Below, one piece after another: positions 54,090 through 62,815 of a stretch of 64,000 nucleotides of DNA. The position numbers and the translations under genes were made by a program. Numbering within the stretch: position 1 is the stretch's first letter; every line of letters starts with the position of its first letter. Below the pieces are notes generated by a model that ran no database searches, was not told the origin of the DNA, and saw only the letters and a program-made list of their open reading frames with translations. Source of the DNA: an uncultured bacterium (lineage in GTDB: Bacteria > Patescibacteriota > Patescibacteriia > Patescibacteriales > UBA12465); assembly GCA_903945435.1 (NCBI GenBank), contig CAJAVM010000001.1, forward strand, positions 9,071 through 73,070. Reading direction: 5' to 3'.

Positions 54090-54929
54090 TTATACCATAA
54101 ACGAGTTTAACTCCGCAAATAATTTATGCCAATTATCAAGACTCAAATCTTCAGCTCTAATTTTTAAATCTAAGCCAATTTTCTGTAAAGCCTGAGTGAT
54201 AATTTGTTGGTCAATTTGCAACCCACCCGCTAAATTATTTTTCAGCATTTTGCGTTTAGCACTAAAACCTGATTTCACCATTCTAAAAAAGATTTTATCT
54301 TTTTCCAAGTTATATTTTCCAGGACGTAATTGTATTTTAATAACCGCGCTATCCACTTTCGGTTCTGGCCAAAAATTTCCCGCCGCCACTTTTTTCACAA
54401 TCGAGACATCCGCATAATATTGGATAGAAACAGCAAGCATGCTCATTTCAGAGGGCTGAGCAATAATTCTCTCCGCTACTTCCTTCTGCAACATTAAAAC
54501 CAATAACTCAGGTTTTTTTTCTCCGGTAAGCGCTGTGCGTAAAAAAATTGAAGTAATATTATAAGGAAGATTAGCCACAATTTTATATTTACCTTTAAAC
54601 TCAGAGCCAATATTAAATTTCAAAACATCTTCATTAACAATCTTAACCTTTTCTTCATTGCGTGATTCAAAACCTATTTTGAGATAAGAGGCGAGCTGGT
54701 CATCAAGTTCAACGGCAACTACTCTTTTAGCTTCTTTAGCTAAACGAACAGTAAGAAACCCTAATCCAGGACCCACTTCTAAAACTTCATCTTGGGAACT
54801 AATTTCAGCCGCTTTTACAATATCATTATAGATACGTTCATTAATTAAAAAATTCTGCCCCTTAGAACGGCTCGGTTTTATATCAAAAATTTTACAAATT
54901 TCTCGTGTTTTTGAAACTAAATCTTCCAT
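54090..54929 (-). CDS. rsmA: 16S rRNA (adenine1518/1519-N6)-dimethyltransferase
   Basis: SKGQNFLINE, VLEVGPGLGFLT and ANLPYNITS are KsgA/RsmA signatures. Confidence 0.92.
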   Translation of the reverse strand: MEDLVSKTREICKIFDIKPSRSKGQNFLINERIYNDIVKAAEISSQDEVLEVGPGLGFLTVRLAKEAKRVVAVELDDQLASYLKIGFESRNEEKVKIVNEDVLKFNIGSEFKGKYKIVANLPYNITSIFLRTALTGEKKPELLVLMLQKEVAERIIAQPSEMSMLAVSIQYYADVSIVKKVAAGNFWPEPKVDSAVIKIQLRPGKYNLEKDKIFFRMVKSGFSAKRKMLKNNLAGGLQIDQQIITQALQKIGLDLKIRAEDLSLDNWHKLFAELNSFMV

Positions 54930-54937
54930 TTAAATTT

Positions 54938-57364
54938 TTAGTTAATAACTATATTTAATAATTTTCCCGGAACGAATATTCGCTTAACAATTTCTTTATT
55001 TTCTAACCATTTTTTTACATTCTCCTGTTGAGTTGCTAACGCAAAAGCCTCTTCTGCAGAAATGTCCGCGGCAACTTCAAGAGTCGCTCTCAATTTTCCA
55101 TTTATTTGAACAATTAAATTAATCGTATCATCTTTAATTAGAGCCTTATCATATTCAGGCCAACTACTTAAGAAAATGCTTTCCTTATTTCCAGATTGCT
55201 CCCAGATTTCTTCAGCTAAATGTGGTGCAAAAGGTGCTAAAATTTGAATAAACTTTAAAAAATCAGTTTTAGATATTGGTAAAGCCGACTCTTTGATTTT
55301 ATATTCACTAATATCATTAGCTAAAATCATCATTGCTGAAACGGCGGTATTTAAACGAAAAGCCTCAATATCTTCAGTAACTTTTTTAATAGTTTTGTTG
55401 AGTAAAGAAATTGATTTCTTATTTGCTTGATAATTATTTACTTCTGCAAATAATAAAATCTTCTCTAAAAATTTACGAGCACCAATCACACCATTTGTAT
55501 TCCAGCTACAAGCCTGTTCAAACGGGCCCATAAACATTTCGTAAACACGCATCGCATCTGCTCCAGATTTATGAACAACATCATCAGGATTAACAACATT
55601 ACTCCAGCGCTTACTCATTTTTCTTCCATCTTCTCCCATAATCAAGCCGACATTTTTTAATTTAGTAAATGGTTCGTCATGGCTAACAACCCCAATATCA
55701 AATAAAAACTTATGCCAAAAACGTGCATAGATAAGATGCCTAGTAGCATGTTCCGCTCCGCCAACATAGAAATCAACCGGCGACCAATATTTTTCTTTTT
55801 CAGTATCAACTAATGCCTTACTATTATTAGGATCTATATATCTCAAATAATACCAACATGAACCAGCCCACTGAGGCATAGTATTAGTTTCTCTTTTTGC
55901 GGCTCCGCCACACTTTGGGCATTTAGTATTAACCCATTCACTAATAGCCGCTAAAGGCGATTCTCCTGTACCAGTTGGCTCATAACTTTCAACATCCGGC
56001 AATTTTAAAGGTAATTCTGTTTCTGGAATAGCAACGACGCCACAATGCTCACAATGAACAAGCGGTATCGGCTCACCCCAATATCTCTGACGAGAAAAGA
56101 CCCAATCTTTCAAACGATAATTAATTTTTCTAGTTCCCAATTGATTATTTTCTAACCAATCAATCATCTTTTTTCTAGCATCGCTTGATAAGAGGCCATC
56201 GTAATCTTCAGAATGAAATAAAGTCCCATCGTCAGTAAATGCAGCCTTACCCTCAAAAGGAATTTTTCCGTCAACAGAAACTACCGACTTAATTCGTAAG
56301 CCGTATTTTTTAGCAAACTCATAATCTCTTTCATCATGAGCAGGAACAGCCATTACGGCTCCAGTTCCATAAGAATTCAAAACATAATCGGCAATAAAAA
56401 CTTCTACTTCCTCATTATTAAAAGGGTTGATCGCCTTAATTCCCTTTAATTTAACTCCAGTTTTCTCTTTGCTCGCGCTAGTTCTCTCCATTTCTGGAAC
56501 ATTTTTTAAAGATTCAATATATTTTTCCGCTTCCGCCCAATTACTAATTTTTTCTTTTAGATTTAAAACAAGTTCATGCTCAGGTGCAACCACTAAATAA
56601 GTACAACCAAAAATAGTATCAATCCTGGTAGTAAAAACGGTTACTATTTCGTTAGTATCAGCAATTTTAAAGATGGCTTCAGTCCCCTCACTTCTACCTA
56701 TCCAGTTTCTTTGCATCTCCTTAATAGAATCATCCCAATCAATTAATTTATCTAAATCATTAAGAAGCCTATCAGCATAATCGGTAATTTTTAAAACCCA
56801 CTGACGCATTGGCTTTTGTTCAATCTCACTTCCACAACGTTCACATTTCCCATCCTCTAAATCTTCGTTAGCTAATCCAGTTTTACAAGACGGACACCAA
56901 TTAATTGGTTCACTAGATTCAAAGGCTAAGCCTTTTTCCCACATCTTTAAAAATATCCATTGAGTCCATTTATAATAATTCGGATCGGTAGTATTTACTT
57001 CCCTTTCCCAATCATAAGAAAAGCCTAAGATTTCCAACTGACTTTTAAAATGAGCAACGCTTTCAGCAACTGAAATTTTAGGATTAACTTTATTTTTAAT
57101 AGCATAGTTTTCTGCTGGTAAACCAAAGGCATCAAAACCCATCGGATGCAACACATTATACCCCTGCATGTTGCGCATACGTGCTAAAATATCGGTTGCA
57201 ATATAACCTTTTGGATGGCCAACATGAAGACCGGCACCTGATGGATAAGGAAACATATCTAAAATATAGTATTTTGGCCTGTCTTTCCCTTCTTTAGTTA
57301 AATAAAGACTAGTTTCTTTCCAATGCGTTTGCCATTTCTTTTCAATTTCTTGATGATTATACAT
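54938..57364 (-). CDS. leuS: leucine--tRNA ligase
   Basis: 808 aa. MFPYPSGAGLHVGHPKGY (HIGH), the KMSKRW (KMSKS) motif, a Zn-binding CP1 insert and the N-terminus EIEKKWQ..W. Confidence 0.97.
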   Translation of the reverse strand: MYNHQEIEKKWQTHWKETSLYLTKEGKDRPKYYILDMFPYPSGAGLHVGHPKGYIATDILARMRNMQGYNVLHPMGFDAFGLPAENYAIKNKVNPKISVAESVAHFKSQLEILGFSYDWEREVNTTDPNYYKWTQWIFLKMWEKGLAFESSEPINWCPSCKTGLANEDLEDGKCERCGSEIEQKPMRQWVLKITDYADRLLNDLDKLIDWDDSIKEMQRNWIGRSEGTEAIFKIADTNEIVTVFTTRIDTIFGCTYLVVAPEHELVLNLKEKISNWAEAEKYIESLKNVPEMERTSASKEKTGVKLKGIKAINPFNNEEVEVFIADYVLNSYGTGAVMAVPAHDERDYEFAKKYGLRIKSVVSVDGKIPFEGKAAFTDDGTLFHSEDYDGLLSSDARKKMIDWLENNQLGTRKINYRLKDWVFSRQRYWGEPIPLVHCEHCGVVAIPETELPLKLPDVESYEPTGTGESPLAAISEWVNTKCPKCGGAAKRETNTMPQWAGSCWYYLRYIDPNNSKALVDTEKEKYWSPVDFYVGGAEHATRHLIYARFWHKFLFDIGVVSHDEPFTKLKNVGLIMGEDGRKMSKRWSNVVNPDDVVHKSGADAMRVYEMFMGPFEQACSWNTNGVIGARKFLEKILLFAEVNNYQANKKSISLLNKTIKKVTEDIEAFRLNTAVSAMMILANDISEYKIKESALPISKTDFLKFIQILAPFAPHLAEEIWEQSGNKESIFLSSWPEYDKALIKDDTINLIVQINGKLRATLEVAADISAEEAFALATQQENVKKWLENKEIVKRIFVPGKLLNIVIN

Positions 57365-57371
57365 ATAAATA

Positions 57372-58139
57372 TTAACTAATATCCAGACCCACTGGAGCGT
57401 GGTCGGAACCAGTCTGTTTATCTAAAATAAAGGCTTTTTTTAAGTATTTTTTAAGTTTATCGGATACACAGAAATAGTCAATCCGCCATCCGACGTTACG
57501 CTCCCGAGCGCCGCTACGGAAACTCCACCAAGAATATTGGATTTTATCACCATTAAGTTCTCGGAAAGTATCAATAAAACCAGCCGCTAAAAATTTATTC
57601 ATAAAAGCACGCTCTTCAGGAGTAAATCCCGGGCTTCCGACATTTTCCTTAGGTCTTGCTAAATCTATTTCTTGATGAGCAACGTTAAAATCACCGGTTA
57701 TTATAACTGGCTTTTTCTTTTCTAATTTTTTTGAATATTCTAGAAGCTTTTCGTTAAACTCAAGTTTATAATCTAAGCGACTGAGCTCATTATTAGCATT
57801 AGGAAAATAAACATTAAATAAATAAAAATCTTTAGTCTCGGCGATTTGCACACGACCTTCAATATCAAATTTTTCTTCCTCTAAACCATTCTTGACACCG
57901 ATAAAATCGCGCAATCCTTCTTTTACTAAAATAGCCGTTCCGCTATAACCTGGGCGCTTAGCACAATTCCAATATTCTTTATAACCCAAGAAATCAAATT
58001 CAACCAATTCCCTAGCAGAATCAGAAATCTTCACTTCTTGCAAACATAAAATATCAGGCTTTTCCTGTTTTAAAAAAGTAGCAAAACCTTTTTTTGCAAT
58101 CGCTCTTATTCCGTTAACATTCCAAGAGATTAATTTCAT
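57372..58139 (-). CDS. xth: exodeoxyribonuclease III
   Basis: MKLISWNVNGIRA, LCLQEVK, GDFNVAH and SDHAPV are AP endonuclease family 1 signatures. Confidence 0.93.
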   Translation of the reverse strand: MKLISWNVNGIRAIAKKGFATFLKQEKPDILCLQEVKISDSARELVEFDFLGYKEYWNCAKRPGYSGTAILVKEGLRDFIGVKNGLEEEKFDIEGRVQIAETKDFYLFNVYFPNANNELSRLDYKLEFNEKLLEYSKKLEKKKPVIITGDFNVAHQEIDLARPKENVGSPGFTPEERAFMNKFLAAGFIDTFRELNGDKIQYSWWSFRSGARERNVGWRIDYFCVSDKLKKYLKKAFILDKQTGSDHAPVGLDIS

Positions 58140-58187
58140 AAACTATGTTATAATATAAGCATACTGGAAACTGGATATTTTTTCAAT

Positions 58188-58955
58188 TTGAAAAAAACTA
58201 TGAGCCTACAAGAAAGAGTTGAATACGCGGCCATGAAGGCACGTCACGAAAACAAATTACGCGCCTGGTATAAAAAATGGTGGGGGGTATTATTAATAAT
58301 ACTGGCGGCCATATTTTTAATTTTTGTAATTGCCTCAGGAATATATGTTGTTCAACAAATTCAAAAAATAAATGACGGCGGTTCAACTCAATATTTAGAA
58401 GAACAACGTCAAGCTTATATAAACGCAATCAACAGATCGGCCAACAATGTTTCCGGCCCACAAAATGCTAGCATAACTATTATCGAATTTTCTGATTTTG
58501 CCTGTCCATACTGTAAACAGTCTTATACTGGATTAAAAGCAATTAGAGAAAAATATTCGGATAAAGTAAGGATCGTTTATCGTGACTATCCTCTTCATGA
58601 TAATTCTATTTTCCTCGCTCTTTCTGCACGCTGTGCTGGGGCACAGGGAAAATTTTGGGATGCGCATGACCTACTTTTTAAAAATCAAGATAAATTTAAT
58701 ATTCCTTTAGCAGAACTAGAAACATTAATGCCAAATTTAGCAGTAGAGTTAGATTTAGATGTTAATCAGTTTAATACTTGCCTTGAAGAGCAAAGTTATT
58801 TCTCTCAAATTAAAAAAGACTACGAAGACGGGGACTATCTTCAAATTCAAGGAACACCAACCTGGTTTATAAATAATAGTCGTCTAACTGGATACATACC
58901 AGCAGAAAAATTACAGGAGATGATTGAGGGGATGCTTAATCTAGAAACAAAATAA
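58188..58955 (+). CDS. DsbA-family thiol:disulfide oxidoreductase, membrane-anchored
   Basis: N-terminal TM, then a thioredoxin fold with the active site FACPYCK. The start may be TTG 58188 or ATG 58200. TGTTATAAT extended -10 at 58146-58154. Confidence 0.85.
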   Translation: MKKTMSLQERVEYAAMKARHENKLRAWYKKWWGVLLIILAAIFLIFVIASGIYVVQQIQKINDGGSTQYLEEQRQAYINAINRSANNVSGPQNASITIIEFSDFACPYCKQSYTGLKAIREKYSDKVRIVYRDYPLHDNSIFLALSARCAGAQGKFWDAHDLLFKNQDKFNIPLAELETLMPNLAVELDLDVNQFNTCLEEQSYFSQIKKDYEDGDYLQIQGTPTWFINNSRLTGYIPAEKLQEMIEGMLNLETK

Positions 58956-58956
58956 T

Positions 58957-59496
58957 ATGGAACAAATAAGAATTCATGGTCGTGGCGGACAAGGCGTAGT
59001 AACGGCCGCGGAATTGATTGCGATTGCCGCTTTCAATGAAGGAAAATATGCTCAAGCTTTTCCAAATTTTGGAGTAGAAAGAACAGGCGCCCCTATTCAA
59101 TCATATGCTAGAATTTCTAGCGAACCAATAATTACCAGGGAGCAAATATATCATCCAACAGTTCTTATTATTCAAGATGCAACTCTTTTAGATACAGAAA
59201 ATATAATTCACGGAACAAATAAAGAAACTGTTTTTATTATTAATGCTCCAAAAAATTATCAACTAAAGATAAAATTGCCTTCTAAGAAAGTATTCTTCTG
59301 TGCAGCTACAGAAATTGCCTTAAAAATATTTGGAAAAAATATTGTAAATACTGTAATTCTTGGAGCCTTTGCTAGACATTCTGGCTTAGTAACTTTAGAA
59401 GCCCTTAAAATAGCCATCAAAGAAAAGTTTCACGATAAAGGAATCAGTATTATTGAAAAAAATATTAAAGCAATTGAGCAAGCTTATAACGACTAA
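58957..59496 (+). CDS. porC: pyruvate:ferredoxin oxidoreductase, gamma subunit
   Basis: IRIHGRGGQGVVTAAELIAIAAF..G.YAQAFPNFGVERTGAP is the classical gamma-subunit N-terminus. Confidence 0.9.
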   Translation: MEQIRIHGRGGQGVVTAAELIAIAAFNEGKYAQAFPNFGVERTGAPIQSYARISSEPIITREQIYHPTVLIIQDATLLDTENIIHGTNKETVFIINAPKNYQLKIKLPSKKVFFCAATEIALKIFGKNIVNTVILGAFARHSGLVTLEALKIAIKEKFHDKGISIIEKNIKAIEQAYND

Positions 59497-59514
59497 GGAT
59501 TAAGGATACTCCAT

Positions 59515-59775
59515 ATGAAAAAAGGACTAATTATAAAACCGAATACGGCACTAGACAATAAAACTGGGGCCTGGAGAACACATCGACCAATTACTAATCA
59601 AGATAAATGTATTGGTTGTTCTCTATGCGCAAAACTTTGTCCAGAGGGCTGTATCGAAATGATCAGTATAAATAATAAACAAAAACCGAGAACTGATTAT
59701 GATTACTGTAAGGGTTGCGGTTTATGTGCAAAAGAATGTCCAGTCAAAGTAATCGCTATGAAAGAAGATTATTAA
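59515..59775 (+). CDS. porD: pyruvate:ferredoxin oxidoreductase, delta subunit (2x[4Fe-4S] ferredoxin)
   Basis: Two CxxCxxCxxxCP motifs: CIGCSLCAKLCP and CKGCGLCAKECP. 86 aa. Confidence 0.9.
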   Translation: MKKGLIIKPNTALDNKTGAWRTHRPITNQDKCIGCSLCAKLCPEGCIEMISINNKQKPRTDYDYCKGCGLCAKECPVKVIAMKEDY

Positions 59776-59782
59776 AAATAAA

Positions 59783-60949
59783 ATGAAAAAAACTAACATA
59801 CAACATCGCGTTAAGGACCACATTCTCGAAGGCTCAAAAGCAATAGCACTCACTATTAACAATATAAATCTTGATGTTGTTTCTGCTTATCCCATCACTC
59901 CTCAAACTCACATAGTGGAAGATTTAGCACAATTTAAAGCCGACGGAAAAGCTGAATATGAGTATATAAGAGCAGAAAGCGAATTTGCAGCTGCCTCAAT
60001 AATATTAGGTGCTTGTGCGACTGGAGCTCGAGTTTATAGCGCAACCAGCTCTCAGGGTTTATTGCTAATGGTTGAAGTTTTATATAATATTTCTGGCATG
60101 CGCTTACCGATAGTAATGACTTGTGCTAATCGTGCCGTTAGCGCACCAATTAATATTTGGAACGATCATTCTGATGCAATGGCGGTTAGAGATAGTGGCT
60201 GGATGCAATTCTTTGCCGAGAATCATCAAGAAGCAGTCTACCAACATTTATTAGCTTATAAAGTTGCAGAGAAAATGAGCTTACCAGCATTAGTTAATGT
60301 AGACGGTTTTATTTTAACTCATTCTTATGAGCCAGTTTCCATCCCTAGCAAAAGTTTAATTAAAAAATATCTTCCTGATTATAAACCAGAAACCGGGACC
60401 TATTTAGACCCCAATAACCCAGTTACCATGGGTGGATTTTTTTCTTCAGATTCATATTTCAAAACTCGAGAAAATATTGTTACGGATTTCAATTTAAGTT
60501 TACAAGAAATTAAAAAAGAATATCGTAAATTAAAAAAAGTTTTTAACTTTAAAGATGATAGTAATGGTTTAGTAGAATATTCTGGTCCCAAAAAACCAAA
60601 AGTGATTTTAGTTACTATGGGCTCACTCGCCGGAACCATAAAAGAAACTATTAAAGATTACCAAGAAGTCGGCTTATTGAAAATTACTACTTTTAGACCA
60701 TTTCCTAGTGAAGAAATTATTAAAGCAGCTGGGATGTGCGAAAATATTTCTATCATTGAAAAAGCTGTTAGCCCGGGAAGTGGCGGGCCATTATACAGCG
60801 AGATAAGAGCGGCGATTTCTCAAACAGGAAAAAGAAATATCAAAAATTATATTGTGGGTTTAGGAGGAAAAGATATTAGCCAAAAAATGATTCAAAAAAT
60901 AATCAAAGATTCAAGAAATAAAGGTAAACAAATAACTTTTATAGGCTAA
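59783..60949 (+). CDS. porA: pyruvate:ferredoxin oxidoreductase, alpha subunit
   Basis: 388 aa. VVSAYPITPQTHIVEDL, SATSSQGLLLM and a domain III tail are typical PorA features. Confidence 0.9.
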   Translation: MKKTNIQHRVKDHILEGSKAIALTINNINLDVVSAYPITPQTHIVEDLAQFKADGKAEYEYIRAESEFAAASIILGACATGARVYSATSSQGLLLMVEVLYNISGMRLPIVMTCANRAVSAPINIWNDHSDAMAVRDSGWMQFFAENHQEAVYQHLLAYKVAEKMSLPALVNVDGFILTHSYEPVSIPSKSLIKKYLPDYKPETGTYLDPNNPVTMGGFFSSDSYFKTRENIVTDFNLSLQEIKKEYRKLKKVFNFKDDSNGLVEYSGPKKPKVILVTMGSLAGTIKETIKDYQEVGLLKITTFRPFPSEEIIKAAGMCENISIIEKAVSPGSGGPLYSEIRAAISQTGKRNIKNYIVGLGGKDISQKMIQKIIKDSRNKGKQITFIG

Positions 60950-60951
60950 AT

Positions 60952-61935
60952 ATGAAAATTAATTTATTTAAATCAATTGTAATATTCGCTTTCATAACAC
61001 TTTTTTCTGGTGTAATTTTATTAACTCAACCCTATACCGCTTACAGTGCCAATGTTCTAGAATTTACTCCACAAATTCCAATTCCTGGAATGGGGAATTC
61101 TTCAGCTGTTGGGAAAGAGGTAAACGGGGTAATGCAGAGTGATTTATTAGCACGATATATTAAAGCTGTTTACGATTACGGCTTAGCCGCCGCTGGTGTT
61201 TTAGCGGCTATTGTGTTAATGGGGGCCGGCCTTATCTGGCTAACTTCGGGAGGCAATGAATCAAAAATTACTCAAGCTAAAGATTTAATTGCTGGAAGTA
61301 TTACTGGTCTCATTATTTTATTTGGCGCCTGGATGTTACTTAATACTGTTAATCCAGAATTACTTAAATTAAGAGCAATAAGCCTTACAAGATTAACAGC
61401 TGATCAAGATTATTTAATATCTAGCTTAAAAAATGCTCCTACAGATTTAAAGTACGGCTGGATTTGCATGACTGGAGATTATCAGAGATGTGAAGATAAC
61501 AATCCCCCATCTATTAATCTTGATAATAATATTTGCCGTACTGGAGGAGCGTCAATAAATGCAGAGCCAAGTAATGCAGAATGTCCTTATAATCGGAAAA
61601 AATGCTGCGGACAAAGTAACAGTGTTACTCAAATGGCCGATAACTTTTGTCAAAATAAAAGTGATTATACTCCCTGTTCTATTAACACAACTGCAGTTGT
61701 TAAAGGATATTGCTATCAAAAAAAGTGTATCAATACTAAATTGTGTTGCCAATGTGGACAAGGAGGCGTAGGTGGCGTTTATTTGTACGTAACTTGTAGA
61801 AATGACGTTACTCTGAGCGAATGCTCTAGCTGGTGTATAAATGGCTGGGTAGGCTCAGCTTGGTTAGGATATGTAGGCGGTAGCGAATCATATTCTTGCG
61901 CGGGCGGAGCTATGAGTTATTGTCGAACAAAATAA
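60952..61935 (+). CDS. T4SS-pilin-like (TrbC/VirB2-type) membrane protein with Cys-rich C-terminal domain
   Basis: 327 aa. After the signal peptide, LARYIKAVYDYGLAAAGVLAAIVLMGAGLIWLTSGGNESKITQAKDLIAGSITGLIILFGAWMLLNTVNPELL is the two-TM pilin core seen in CPR 'type IV secretion system pilin' proteins. The C-terminus has more than 20 Cys (CCGQ, CCQCGQ). Confidence 0.7.
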   Translation: MKINLFKSIVIFAFITLFSGVILLTQPYTAYSANVLEFTPQIPIPGMGNSSAVGKEVNGVMQSDLLARYIKAVYDYGLAAAGVLAAIVLMGAGLIWLTSGGNESKITQAKDLIAGSITGLIILFGAWMLLNTVNPELLKLRAISLTRLTADQDYLISSLKNAPTDLKYGWICMTGDYQRCEDNNPPSINLDNNICRTGGASINAEPSNAECPYNRKKCCGQSNSVTQMADNFCQNKSDYTPCSINTTAVVKGYCYQKKCINTKLCCQCGQGGVGGVYLYVTCRNDVTLSECSSWCINGWVGSAWLGYVGGSESYSCAGGAMSYCRTK

Positions 61936-61937
61936 TT

Positions 61938-62813
61938 ATGAATACAAAAAATAAAAATAAATTTCTTTCACCCGGTCATAACGCTTGTTCTGGCTGCGGG
62001 CAATTATCAGCGGTTCATGCTGTAATGCGAGGATTAACCCCCGATACTATAATTGCTAATGCAACTGGTTGCTTAGAAGTAACTACAACGGCTTATCCTC
62101 AAACTTCTTGGGGGCTGCCCTGGATACATTCTTTATTTGAGAACGCCTCTTCGGTTGCATCAGGAATTAGAGCGGCTTTAGATAAACAGGGCAACCATAC
62201 AACAAAAGTTTTAGTTCAAGCTGGAGACGGCGGGACTTATGATATTGGACTAGGGCTGATTAGTGGAATGTGGGAAAGAGGGGAAAACATTTTATACATT
62301 TGTTACGATACCGAATCATATTCTAATACTGGAATTCAAGCTTCTGGTTCAACTCCTTATGGCGCCGCAACTACAACTACTCCAAACGGCGAAAAATCAG
62401 TTGGCTCAACTCAAGTAAAAAAAGATATGCTAGCCATCGCTTTAGCGCATGGTTTAAAATATGTTGCCCAAACAGCAGCTGGCTTTCCTGATGACATAAC
62501 TAACAAAGTAAAAAAAGCTTTAGCCGTTTCTGGTCCAGCTTATATTCAAATTCTCAGTCCTTGTATTCCTGGCTGGAAAATAAATTATGACGAAGCGGCA
62601 ATGATGGGGAAACTAGCCGTTAAAACTGGACTATATCCGATTTTAGAATATACAAACGGGAAATTAAGTGCATCTAGTATTAATGCAAACTTTAAAGCAG
62701 AGCCGGTAAACACCTACCTAAAAGGTCAGGGGCGCTTTAAACATTTAACCGAGGAAGATATAAAACATATTCAAAGCCTTGCTGAAGAAAATATTAAAAA
62801 ATATAGAATATAA
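61938..62813 (+). CDS. porB: pyruvate:ferredoxin oxidoreductase, beta subunit (TPP-binding)
   Basis: Start moved to MNTKNKNKFLSPGHNACSGCGQ (ATG 61938; the track ORF starts at 61896, inside the previous gene). GDGGTYDIGL TPP motif and CIPGW. Confidence 0.9.
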   Translation: MNTKNKNKFLSPGHNACSGCGQLSAVHAVMRGLTPDTIIANATGCLEVTTTAYPQTSWGLPWIHSLFENASSVASGIRAALDKQGNHTTKVLVQAGDGGTYDIGLGLISGMWERGENILYICYDTESYSNTGIQASGSTPYGAATTTTPNGEKSVGSTQVKKDMLAIALAHGLKYVAQTAAGFPDDITNKVKKALAVSGPAYIQILSPCIPGWKINYDEAAMMGKLAVKTGLYPILEYTNGKLSASSINANFKAEPVNTYLKGQGRFKHLTEEDIKHIQSLAEENIKKYRI

Positions 62814-62815
62814 GT

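Noticed and set aside
61896-61937. N-terminal extension of the porB ORF (MRGRSYELLSNKII).
   Set aside because: It overlaps the 3' end of the pilin-like gene. The conserved PorB N-terminus (FLSPGHNACSGCG) follows the ATG at 61938.
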